DNA from: Candidatus Hydrothermarchaeota archaeon | GTDB taxonomy: Archaea > CAYFZR01 | Reading direction: 5' to 3' | Length of the DNA stretch: 35,466 nucleotides | NCBI GenBank assembly: GCA_046760505.1 | Contig: JBHIEG010000021.1 | Location: forward strand, 1-35,466 | In this document: positions 1-8,071 of the stretch, in pieces | Numbering within the stretch: position 1 is the first letter of the stretch | How the letters are laid out: the number at the start of each line of letters is the position of its first letter | The notes under the pieces: generated by a model | Seen by the model: only the letters and a program-made list of their open reading frames with translations | Database searches by the model: none | Told to the model about the DNA's origin: nothing | Made by a program: the position numbers and the translations under genes

Positions 1-39
1 GGATTAGTTGAGATTCCTGTGGTAGAGGAAGCGAAGTAG
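1..39 (+). CDS. 3' end of an upstream CDS (truncated by window), ...GLVEIPVVEEAK*
   Basis: Open frame 1 from base 1 to TAG at 37-39, abutting the next gene; too short to identify. Confidence 0.5.
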   Translation, partial: GLVEIPVVEEAK

Positions 40-834
40 GTGAATCAATTGACGACACTAGACAGAATACCAGAAAAGGTAGTCTTTTTTGAAGGATGCG
101 TAACCTCTAGAAGAATGCACCATCTTCGTTTTGCGATTCGTTTTTTGCTTGAAAATTATGGTATCGATTACATCACATTAGACCCAAGGGAACAGTGTTG
201 TGGCTCACCCATATTCAGAGCTGGAGCAGCAGATATTGCAGAAAGACAATTACTTCACAATCTTAGAGAAGTTGAGAAGACCGGTAGGAATGTCGTAGTT
301 ACTGCATGCCCAGGATGTGGATCTACGCTAAAATCTGATGAAGCCGAGAAGAGGGGCATTGAGGTAGTCCATATAATGGAAATCTTCATGAAGTTAGCCG
401 AAGAAGGAAAGCTGTTTGATGGTAACTTTAGAACTCTAGAGACTACTGTAACAGCGCATTTCCCATGTCATTTGATTAGAGGCATGGACGTTGATTGTTT
501 TAAAGGATTCAAAGAAATTTTCGCCCAAATGCCGGGGGTGGAATATATTGAATTAGAAGAGGCAAATGCTTGTTGCGGTGCTGGAGGAGGAGTAAGAGCA
601 TCACAGATTGAGTTGGCGAAAAAAATCAGAGAAAGAAAAATCAACTTCATTAAAGAGACAGGGGCTAAACTATGTGTGACAATATGTCCTTTCTGTGAGA
701 TTCATATTGGAGAGGGTTTAAAGGAAGCAGAACTGCCCGTAAGGATAATGTCATTACCTTTCCTTCTTGCCTTACTAAATAATAACTTTAAGACAAAGAT
801 AGATGAAATAGTGGAAAGAGAAAGGAGTGCGTGA
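40..834 (+). CDS. Two-CCG-domain Fe-S oxidoreductase subunit (TfrB C-terminal/HdrD/GlpC-like)
   Basis: Motifs FFEGC...QCCGSP...TACPGC and HFPCH...ACCGAGGG...ICPFC are two CCG domains. True start may be TTG at 49, after AGGTGA. Confidence 0.85.
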   Translation: MNQLTTLDRIPEKVVFFEGCVTSRRMHHLRFAIRFLLENYGIDYITLDPREQCCGSPIFRAGAADIAERQLLHNLREVEKTGRNVVVTACPGCGSTLKSDEAEKRGIEVVHIMEIFMKLAEEGKLFDGNFRTLETTVTAHFPCHLIRGMDVDCFKGFKEIFAQMPGVEYIELEEANACCGAGGGVRASQIELAKKIRERKINFIKETGAKLCVTICPFCEIHIGEGLKEAELPVRIMSLPFLLALLNNNFKTKIDEIVERERSA

Positions 835-1198
835 TCAAATGGAGTCCTTGATTTACACCTTGTTTCTCCTGTTTTCATTGCCCTTTGCCTATTACTACTT
901 AAAGACGACTATCTTTCCAGATCACATTGGAAAAATTAAAAGATTCGAAGGGTATGGAAAAATGAAAGAGTGCGAAGTAACATGCGACACCTCAATTCAA
1001 GAAATATCAGACGGTAAAATGTCTATAAAGGTGTTGGTTGAGCTCTCGAATGGTGGGGAGATAAGGTGTGAAATGAGCCCTTGCAACATATGCTTGGAGA
1101 AGATGAAGGAAGGAGATCTTGTAGGTGTAACAAAACTGGGATCAAGATATATCGCCCAACCACTACTGTTAAAGAGGGTGTATGGAAGATGCCAGTAA
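827..1198 (+). CDS. Small membrane-anchored hypothetical protein with Cys motifs
   Basis: N-terminal hydrophobic helix, then a soluble domain with CEVTC and CEMSPCNIC; overlaps both neighbours. Confidence 0.75.
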   Translation: MRDQMESLIYTLFLLFSLPFAYYYLKTTIFPDHIGKIKRFEGYGKMKECEVTCDTSIQEISDGKMSIKVLVELSNGGEIRCEMSPCNICLEKMKEGDLVGVTKLGSRYIAQPLLLKRVYGRCQ

Positions 1199-1866
1199 CG
1201 ATAATAGGATACATAGCATTAGTACTGTTCTTTGGGATCATATTGGCTTCGCTCATGGGAATTATTCCTCAATCAAGACTACCCATTCAGTCTGCCCTCA
1301 TTGTGGCTACGCTTGTGATAGTGTTGTTAGCTTTCATCGGTAATTTCATGGGTTACTCGGTAGAATTGATTTTCCCAACCGATCTTCTTGGACAGATTAT
1401 AATCCACCCAATCACCGCTTTGATGGCAGGATTCTTTGTTGCTGGCGCTCTAGAGGCTTCTGGTGGATTTGAAGCAGCAGCTGACTTATTGGACAGGATG
1501 GCAAAGACAAGGCTCGGGTTACCAGGCACTGCCTGCATTCTTGCAAACATGCCTACGATAATTAGCATGCCGTGCGGCAGGATATTGGGCGCAGCCTTGA
1601 TGCCTGCTGCACTTTACTTTGGATGGATTTTGGCAGAGAAAACAGGAAAAAAGGAATTAATTGGAGTGCTTGTATTTGCATTTATCGTTAACGCTGCAGC
1701 ATCTTGTGGACCATCTCCGCTAGGAGGAATCGGCATGATTGGAGAAGGAATGATAGCAATTCCCCTAACTTCACTTCAAGATCCTCAGCAGACAGGGATA
1801 ATGCTGGCTACAGGAGTTTGCGCACTCGTGATGAGATTCGTTACGCCATTGCTACCTGCTGAATAG
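1189..1866 (+). CDS. Half-size ion-transporter (IT/CitMHS/DASS-like) membrane protein A
   Basis: Start reassigned to ATG 1189 (MPVTII, GAGGGTG upstream), 225 aa, highly hydrophobic; GAL..SGG, MPCGR and NAAASCGPSPLGG segments resemble one IT-superfamily repeat. Confidence 0.7.
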   Translation: MPVTIIGYIALVLFFGIILASLMGIIPQSRLPIQSALIVATLVIVLLAFIGNFMGYSVELIFPTDLLGQIIIHPITALMAGFFVAGALEASGGFEAAADLLDRMAKTRLGLPGTACILANMPTIISMPCGRILGAALMPAALYFGWILAEKTGKKELIGVLVFAFIVNAAASCGPSPLGGIGMIGEGMIAIPLTSLQDPQQTGIMLATGVCALVMRFVTPLLPAE

Positions 1867-1877
1867 GAGGCTTAAGA

Positions 1878-2606
1878 ATGGAGGAAAGATTAAAAATCGG
1901 ATACTTCTCATTCTTCTTCTTCATGATTGTCTTAGCTGCTGCTATCATACTCTACAGTAAGATGGGAGTGAAAGTGCCTCCAATCCAGACTATTCTTATA
2001 TTCATAGCAATAGTGATAATGCTGGTAAGCAAGGCAAGAATAGAAGATCTGTTAGCTGGAGTGATTTTACACCCAATAATGGCAATGTCTGCAGGCTTTC
2101 TCATAGCCGGAGCACTGGGGCTAGCGGGAGGATTTGATGCACTACTAGACCTATGCTGGAGGATTGCAGGATTCATAGACAGCATTTTCGCACCACTAAA
2201 GGGTCTTGAAATATCCTTTCTTGGCCTAGAGAAAGGAGTATCTCTTGGATTACCGTTTGTGTCTGTTATAATAGTCAACATACCAACAATCACCCCCATG
2301 CCATGTGGAAGGATAATAGGCGCCGCAGTGATTCCTGGTGTATATTACTTTGCAAAGGCGGTGGTAGGCGCCACAGGAAATACCTTGGCATTACCTGTTT
2401 TGGTAGCAGCCTTCATTGTAAACGCCGCTGCCTCATGTGGACCTTCTCCGTTAGGAGGAGTGGGGGGCATAGGCGAGGGCAACCTAGGAGTGGAGATAGG
2501 CTCATCTGGCCCATCTCAGGAGACCGGAATAATAATAGCAACCGGGGTTACGGCCCTCGTTATAGCGTTCGTTACTGGATATGCCCTAATTCCATATTTA
2601 AAGTAA
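1878..2606 (+). CDS. Half-size ion-transporter (IT/CitMHS/DASS-like) membrane protein B, paralogue of A
   Basis: GGAGG SD; shares HPI.A..AGF..AGAL...GGF, N.PTI..MPCGRI.GAA..P and AFIVNAAASCGPSPLGG.G.IGEG with the upstream protein. Confidence 0.7.
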   Translation: MEERLKIGYFSFFFFMIVLAAAIILYSKMGVKVPPIQTILIFIAIVIMLVSKARIEDLLAGVILHPIMAMSAGFLIAGALGLAGGFDALLDLCWRIAGFIDSIFAPLKGLEISFLGLEKGVSLGLPFVSVIIVNIPTITPMPCGRIIGAAVIPGVYYFAKAVVGATGNTLALPVLVAAFIVNAAASCGPSPLGGVGGIGEGNLGVEIGSSGPSQETGIIIATGVTALVIAFVTGYALIPYLK

Positions 2607-2619
2607 AGGAGGTAATGAA

Positions 2620-2763
2620 ATGAATTTCCCTCTCTTGTTTACAATGGTCGGTGCAGGAACTTTGACTGGAATAATGATAAATATAGCTTTAGGCTACAGC
2701 CCATTTAATATTGGCGGAATACTTGGTGGTGCAGTAACTGGATTGCTAATGTTCATACTTTAG
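2620..2763 (+). CDS. 47-aa Gly-rich membrane peptide (absent from ORF track)
   Basis: AGGAGGT SD at 2607-2613, ATG 2620, MNFPLLFTMVGAGTLTGIMINIALGYSPFNIGGILGGAVTGLLMFIL*, fills the intergenic gap. Confidence 0.75.
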   Translation: MNFPLLFTMVGAGTLTGIMINIALGYSPFNIGGILGGAVTGLLMFIL

Positions 2764-2772
2764 GTGTCTTCC

Positions 2773-3504
2773 ATGGAAATAGAGCCTATCAGAAGGGTGT
2801 CCCAGTTAGTAGTACTATTCGTAGTCCTCGTAAGCCTAGGTGCCGTGTGCTCCAGGGATCCGTTCTTCATGCTACAAACTATATTCGCAAGGGGGAGTGT
2901 CCTTCCTACCTTAATCCTAACTTCTCTCGGAGGACTCATCCTTTTTACACTAATATTTGGAAGGGCATTTTGCAGTTGGGTATGTCCCTATGGAACAATA
3001 CTCGATATATTGAATGGTATAACTTCTAAGAAGTACAAGATACCTGAATTTTTGGAGTACAGATCTTTAAAGTATTCTGTGCTTGGAGGTTTTTTGATAA
3101 CTGCTTTTGTATATGGATATACCACCTTCTGCACTGTTTGTCCTGCCGGAGTATTTTTCAGATCTGTTGAGGTTGCCACGGTAGCGCCCGTGTTTCCATT
3201 TATGCTTCTACTAGCCGCATTTGTTTTTGCCATATTCTATCACGGCAGGGCTTGGTGCAGATATCTATGTCCGCTAGGTGCTTTTATCTCCTTGGTTAGT
3301 AAATTTAGCCTTACGAGATTGAAAGTTGATAGCGAAAAATGTAGAGCATGCCTCTTATGCCAAAGGACTTGTCCCATGGATTTGTTGGTAGTAGAGGATA
3401 GCATATGGAAAAATAGAAACTCTGTACCTCCAGAAGAATGCATAAGATGTGGTGACTGCATTAACGTTTGTCCCGCTGGGGCAATAGAATTTGGAAGGTT
3501 ATAA
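2773..3504 (+). CDS. NapH/MauN-family membrane 4Fe-4S protein
   Basis: TM helices, GRAFCSWVCP, FCTVCP and RAWCRYLCP motifs, two C-terminal CxxCxxCxxxCP motifs; ATG 2773 follows AGGTG. Confidence 0.88.
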   Translation: MEIEPIRRVSQLVVLFVVLVSLGAVCSRDPFFMLQTIFARGSVLPTLILTSLGGLILFTLIFGRAFCSWVCPYGTILDILNGITSKKYKIPEFLEYRSLKYSVLGGFLITAFVYGYTTFCTVCPAGVFFRSVEVATVAPVFPFMLLLAAFVFAIFYHGRAWCRYLCPLGAFISLVSKFSLTRLKVDSEKCRACLLCQRTCPMDLLVVEDSIWKNRNSVPPEECIRCGDCINVCPAGAIEFGRL

Positions 3505-3667
3505 TCAGATCAAATTATTCTTCATACAGTAATAAACATTATTAAGTTATACGAGGTAGGTATCAGTACATACTTTTCAAACAAAACTTTTATCTTTTGT
3601 TACACAATACTATTGATAGTGTTGCTACTCGTTCAGGAAGAGGTAATGGATAGGATGGTGAGGGTAC

Positions 3668-4195
3668 ATGAATTCCGTGTTAAACGATTACTTCAGAGAA
3701 CTTGTCTTAGAGGTAGCGGGGGAAGAAGGGATCGACATCGTATCCGTTTTGGGAGGAAAAGAGGCTACCGATGAAGAACTTGCTCAGGAGACAGGATTAA
3801 GAGTCAATACGGTAAGGAAGACCCTTTACAAATTGTATGATAAACATCTTGCCTCCTTCGTGAGAAAGAGGGATAAAAGCACGGGCTGGTACATATACGT
3901 CTGGAAGTTGGACCTCGAGAGAATCAGCGAAGTCTTGCTCGCTGAAAGATACGAATTACTAGAAAAAATAGAAAAACGCTTGGATTATGAGAAAAATCAC
4001 ATGTTCTTTCATTGTTGCTCTGAAAATGGTGTTTGTACCAAGATCCCTTTTGAGACCGCTGCTGAAGCCAACTTTGTTTGTCCTAAGTGTGGGAACCATC
4101 TAGAGTTACTAGACAATTCGGAGATTATAAACAAACTTGAACGAGAAAGGGAACAAATATATCATGAAATAGAGATTTTAAAGCAATTTCAGTGA
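3668..4195 (+). CDS. tfe: Transcription factor E
   Basis: TDEELA...NTVRKTLYKLYD winged helix, RDKSTGWYIYVW, zinc ribbon ending FVCPKCG. Confidence 0.95.
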   Translation: MNSVLNDYFRELVLEVAGEEGIDIVSVLGGKEATDEELAQETGLRVNTVRKTLYKLYDKHLASFVRKRDKSTGWYIYVWKLDLERISEVLLAERYELLEKIEKRLDYEKNHMFFHCCSENGVCTKIPFETAAEANFVCPKCGNHLELLDNSEIINKLEREREQIYHEIEILKQFQ

Positions 4196-4235
4196 ATAAC
4201 TTGAAGCCCCATAAAAAATTTAGGTTACTCAAGGG

Positions 4236-4250
4236 TAAGTTTTATATTAT
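4236..4250 (+). promoter_or_regulatory. Candidate TATA box for cytochrome gene
   Basis: TTTTATAT about 35 bp upstream of ATG 4281, with GAGGGG SD just before the start. Confidence 0.4.
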
Positions 4251-4280
4251 GTTACGATTACATCCCTAACGAGGGGTTGT

Positions 4281-4979
4281 ATGAGGAAGATATCAATAGG
4301 TTTAGTTTTCATAACAATTCTTCTGTTCATAGCGATAATACCTGCGATCTCAGAGGAGAAGCCAGAGAACCCTGAAGAAGTAAACTATACGAAGTCTTTT
4401 TGTTACGGATGTCATGACGTCGCTCACAATGTTCATGCAACAAAGGCGGTAGATTGTTCTCAATGTCATGGAAATCTTCCAAAGGTATTCATTCCTGAAT
4501 GCGTAAGGTGTCATACCCCGCCAATCCACAAAATCCACGAGGCTCCTGCCAGAGAAGACTGCACGAAATGTCACGGCGAAATAGCAGGGATACACGCCAA
4601 GTTAGGGGAAGTTATATGCTCGAGATGTCATGGGACAGATGTGGCGAAAATACACGGAGGAGAGACTAGTTGTGAAAGGTGCCATGGATCTGTTCCAAAC
4701 ATAGTGAAACCGCAAGCAAAAGAGGGAGAGATAGTCTGTCAGGCTTGTCACCAAGATAACCTGCTCACAATTCATGAAGAAATTGCTACTGGTAAAGAAA
4801 AGTGTTACAAGTGTCACGGGACCGTTCACTTCATTCACGCAAAAACGAGACTAGAAAAAGAAGGGAAAAAAGGACCCAGTTGCGTAACGTGTCACAGGGA
4901 AGTTGAGATCACCATACCTGAATGCACTCAGTGTCATAAGCCCGATATCATACATGCTCTCAGCAGACTTGTAGGATAG
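4281..4979 (+). CDS. Exported/membrane-anchored decaheme cytochrome c
   Basis: N-terminal MRK plus hydrophobic signal; 10 CxxCH motifs and 10 additional His. Confidence 0.9.
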   Translation: MRKISIGLVFITILLFIAIIPAISEEKPENPEEVNYTKSFCYGCHDVAHNVHATKAVDCSQCHGNLPKVFIPECVRCHTPPIHKIHEAPAREDCTKCHGEIAGIHAKLGEVICSRCHGTDVAKIHGGETSCERCHGSVPNIVKPQAKEGEIVCQACHQDNLLTIHEEIATGKEKCYKCHGTVHFIHAKTRLEKEGKKGPSCVTCHREVEITIPECTQCHKPDIIHALSRLVG

Positions 4980-5000
4980 GGAAACCCTCTTATTTTTTTT
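4976..5000 (+). terminator. Possible oligo-T terminator
   Basis: Short GGG-AAA-CCC hairpin followed by T8 at 4993-5000. Confidence 0.4.
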
Positions 5001-5004
5001 AAAA

Positions 5005-5994
5005 ATGAAAAAAGAGAAAATAGGCTTCAACAACTTAGAAAAAGAGGTAATAAAAAAAGGCCTTTGTTCCTATTGCGGAACATGTATAGGCGTCTGTCCT
5101 GTTAGATGCATAGGAATCGTGGACGAGACCATCTCCTTGGTAGATGAATGTAAAGAATGTGGCGTATGTTTGTCGAAGTGTCCGAGATCGAATCTTAACG
5201 TGAATCCAGAAGATCTTGGACCCCATTACGATGAGTATCTAGGACCTTACTCAAAAATTACATGTGCTAAATCTAAGAGAGATGAGATCATTAGAGTTTC
5301 TCAAGATGGAGGCGTAATAACTTCTCTACTCACTTATTTATGTGATTTAGGCGATTTCATAGTAGCTGTAACCAGGGATAAGGAATGGAAGCCCATACCC
5401 GTTTTGACCAGTGATAAAAATGATATAATTAATGCCGCCGGCTCAAAATATTCTGTAGCAAGTCCAAATAGAGTTCTAAGTGGCGTTAAGGATTCGGTAT
5501 CTGTGGTAGGTACACCATGCCAAATGGAAGGTCTAAGGAATATAATCTTGAACCCCAAGGGTGCTAAAAAGTTAGCTTCTAAAATAAATTTCCTGATAGG
5601 CTTTTACTGCACAGAAAATTTTGTTTACTCGAAGTTAAAGAGTTTTTTAGTGGGGAGGAAGATTGACCTAAAAAGTGTTAGAAAATTTGATATAAAGAGG
5701 GGAAAATTCATTATACATGAAAGAGAAATCCATGAATTCCCTATCTCTGCTTTGGAAGAGTGTATTTCTAGCGGATGTCACTTTTGTAGAGACTTCACTG
5801 CTATGATGGCAGACATCTCGGTAGGGAGTTTGGGCGTCCCGCCCGATCATAATTCGGTTATTATCAGGACAGAGAAAGGACTTAACTTGTGGAGTGCCTG
5901 TGTAAAGGAAGGATACATAGAGGAAGGTGAGACTGAGGTAAATCTAAAGCCTATAAGGAAGTTATCACAGAGAAAAAGGGAGCGAAAAATATAA
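5005..5994 (+). CDS. Coenzyme F420 hydrogenase/dehydrogenase beta subunit family (FrhB/FpoF/FqoF-like) with N-terminal 2x[4Fe-4S]
   Basis: CSYCGTCIGVCP and CKECGVCLSKCP; QDGG, AAGSKY, GTPCQ, CTENF, GCHFCRDFTA..ADISVG. Confidence 0.92.
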   Translation: MKKEKIGFNNLEKEVIKKGLCSYCGTCIGVCPVRCIGIVDETISLVDECKECGVCLSKCPRSNLNVNPEDLGPHYDEYLGPYSKITCAKSKRDEIIRVSQDGGVITSLLTYLCDLGDFIVAVTRDKEWKPIPVLTSDKNDIINAAGSKYSVASPNRVLSGVKDSVSVVGTPCQMEGLRNIILNPKGAKKLASKINFLIGFYCTENFVYSKLKSFLVGRKIDLKSVRKFDIKRGKFIIHEREIHEFPISALEECISSGCHFCRDFTAMMADISVGSLGVPPDHNSVIIRTEKGLNLWSACVKEGYIEEGETEVNLKPIRKLSQRKRERKI

Positions 5995-6027
5995 AGTACT
6001 ATAGTTTTCAAGCACCTACTAGGAGGG

Positions 6028-6864
6028 ATGGAGATGGTAGTAAAAGTTGGCGTAGTTAAATGTGGAGCCATTGCTACTTCTGCGATGGTGGATCTTTTAT
6101 TAGACGAGAGAGCTGATAGAAAGGATATTTCTACTAGGGTAGTGGGTAGTGGCGCAAAGATGGGTCCAGAAGAAGCGGAAGAAGCGGTTAATAAAATTTT
6201 AGAATTTGACCCTGACATAGTTATATACGTAGGACCAAATCCAACAGTTGCTGGACCAAAAAAGGCTAGAGAACTGTTATCCAAGTCTGGAAAGCCTTCT
6301 CTAATCATTGGAGATGCTCCAGGCGTAAAAGCAAAGGAGGAAATGGAGAAAGAAGGTCTTGGATACCTTCTTATAAGAGCAGATTCTATGATTGGGGCCA
6401 GAAGAGAATTTCTTGATCCTTCAGAGATGGCAATATTCAACGGAGACCTAATTAAGGTTTTAGCGTGCACTGGAGCCTTTAATATAGTTGTAGAGGCCAT
6501 AGATGGTATGATTGAAGCCGTGAAGGAAGGTAGAGGGGTAGAACTCCCAAGGATTGTTGTTACGAGAGATAAGGCCGTAGAAGCGGCTAACTTCAGCAAT
6601 CCGTATGCAAAAACCAAGGCCATGGCTGCTTATGAGATTGCCACAAAGGTCGCTGATTTAGATGTTGAGGGATGTTTTGTGGTACAGGACCCGAACAAGT
6701 ATATCCCAATCGTCTCAGCAGGTCACGAGATGCTTAGAATTGCTAGCAAATTAGCGGAAGAAGCAAGAGAAATAGAAAAATATGGTGACACCTTATTCAG
6801 AAGACCTCACTTACCGGAAGGTAAATTGGTGCAAAAGACAGAACTTATGAAAAAACCTGAATAG
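6028..6864 (+). CDS. mtd: F420-dependent methylene-H4MPT dehydrogenase
   Basis: DLLLDERADRKDI, GSGAKMGPE, DSMIGARREFLDP, NPYAKTKAMAA, DVEGCF; GGAGG SD. Confidence 0.97.
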   Translation: MEMVVKVGVVKCGAIATSAMVDLLLDERADRKDISTRVVGSGAKMGPEEAEEAVNKILEFDPDIVIYVGPNPTVAGPKKARELLSKSGKPSLIIGDAPGVKAKEEMEKEGLGYLLIRADSMIGARREFLDPSEMAIFNGDLIKVLACTGAFNIVVEAIDGMIEAVKEGRGVELPRIVVTRDKAVEAANFSNPYAKTKAMAAYEIATKVADLDVEGCFVVQDPNKYIPIVSAGHEMLRIASKLAEEAREIEKYGDTLFRRPHLPEGKLVQKTELMKKPE

Positions 6865-6867
6865 GCT

Positions 6868-6896
6868 CACTTTACTCATCTTTTTTAACAACTTTT
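6868..6896 (+). terminator. T-rich terminator after mtd
   Basis: Pyrimidine tract including T6 at 6881-6886. Confidence 0.4.
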
Positions 6897-6935
6897 CAAC
6901 CATATGATTTAAGTCTAAGTTATTGTAAAGATCCT

Positions 6936-7385
6936 ATGGTAGATAACATGCTTGATTCATTCAATTTCCGTCCGATAAGGGTTTCATCACGGGAGTTATT
7001 AGGAGAACTAAAGAATAAACTTACGAATAAAGAATATACAGAAATTTCAGATATATCTAACTCTAGAGTTGGAGAGATCCTTGATTTGCTCAAAGAAAGC
7101 GATTTCCTAGGGGAATTTGAGGTCATTAAGGCGGTTGAGAGAGAAGAAAATGCAAAGTTCGATGCTGTAGCAAGCATTGTTTCGCCAATCAGTTGCAACG
7201 CCTGTTCTACGTCTAAAGATAATCAGAGCTGGCTGATATACGATTACAGAGACTATGAAACCCTGTTAAACTTCAGTTTGGTCGTTTGCGCGGACTGTGG
7301 AACCATTGAGGAACAGGCAAGTGACACTCCCCTCAGCGTTGCAATTGGACTCTGTAAGTTACTGAAACTAGATAAAAAAATTTAA
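6936..7385 (+). CDS. Hypothetical protein with putative Zn finger
   Basis: 149-aa ORF filling the gap; CNAC...CADC pair. Confidence 0.65.
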   Translation: MVDNMLDSFNFRPIRVSSRELLGELKNKLTNKEYTEISDISNSRVGEILDLLKESDFLGEFEVIKAVEREENAKFDAVASIVSPISCNACSTSKDNQSWLIYDYRDYETLLNFSLVVCADCGTIEEQASDTPLSVAIGLCKLLKLDKKI

Positions 7386-7394
7386 GGCAATTTT

Positions 7395-7406
7395 CGATAT
7401 AAATTT
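7395..7406 (+). promoter_or_regulatory. TATA box of tRNA gene
   Basis: TATAAA at 7398-7403, about 20 bp upstream of the tRNA 5' end. Confidence 0.45.
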
Positions 7407-7417
7407 GTAACAATTGT

Positions 7418-7491
7418 GGGCCTGTAGCTTAGTCTGGGAGAGCAACGGGCTCTTAACCCGTCGGTCGGGGGTTCAAATCCCTCCAGGCCCG
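7418..7491 (+). tRNA. tRNA-Lys(CTT)
   Basis: Acceptor GGGCCTG/CAGGCCC, D stem GCTT/GAGC, anticodon arm ACGGG-CT CTT AA-CCCGT, T arm GGGGG TTCAAAT CCCTC; no intron, CCA not encoded. Confidence 0.95.
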
Positions 7492-7510
7492 CATTTTAAT
7501 AGGTGGTTTC

Positions 7511-8071
7511 ATGCGAAAATCTGCCTTAGAAATATACGAGAGGCTCCAGACTATGGCAGATGACATAAAGCTAAGGTACAAGCACGGAGAGTTAGAAGAC
7601 TGGAGAGAGGTGGCTGCTTTCATTGATACCCTCAATAAATATGCTGACTCTCTTCCTCCAAGCATATTTGAGAGAATCAATGCAGGGCTTCCAGAAATCA
7701 TAGATAAGATGAGAGAAAGTACAAGAAAAGAATTAAAGGCTCTTAGAGAGAAAACTAGAGAATATCTCTCCCAGTATGAAAAAGGCGATATATCAGAGCA
7801 AGAATTTGAAGACATATTAACAGGAATTCTTGAAAAAAGAGACGAAATTACAGAGGGATTCATGGCTGGAGTAGCATCTGAATATCGGGAAATTGAAGAA
7901 GACGTAAACGTTTATAGGGAGAGAATAAAAAAGAAATTTTATGAAAGGAGAGAAGTTATAACCGATTTCTTGAGATTTGCCAACGATATTGAGGAGTATG
8001 TTAGCGGAGAAGAAAAATATCTCATAGCGGCTATTTTAACTCTGGTGAGTAAGTTAGAGGCACGTAAATGA
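7511..8071 (+). CDS. Hypothetical charged, probably helical protein
   Basis: AGGTGG SD; E/K/R-rich 186 aa; ATGA overlap with next gene. Confidence 0.75.
   Translation: MRKSALEIYERLQTMADDIKLRYKHGELEDWREVAAFIDTLNKYADSLPPSIFERINAGLPEIIDKMRESTRKELKALREKTREYLSQYEKGDISEQEFEDILTGILEKRDEITEGFMAGVASEYREIEEDVNVYRERIKKKFYERREVITDFLRFANDIEEYVSGEEKYLIAAILTLVSKLEARK

Noticed and set aside
37-51. In-frame TAG-GTG junction (also at 2761-2766) suggesting amber/pyrrolysine readthrough
   Set aside because: AGGTG is more simply the SD for downstream starts (TTG 49, ATG 2773); no pyl genes in the window.
1860-1880. Frameshifted single transporter (pseudogene)
   Set aside because: Second gene has its own GGAGG SD and ATG, and both halves begin at equivalent positions.
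5847-6623. 258-aa minus-strand ORF
   Set aside because: Antisense shadow of mtd; the same applies to most short nested ORFs in the track.
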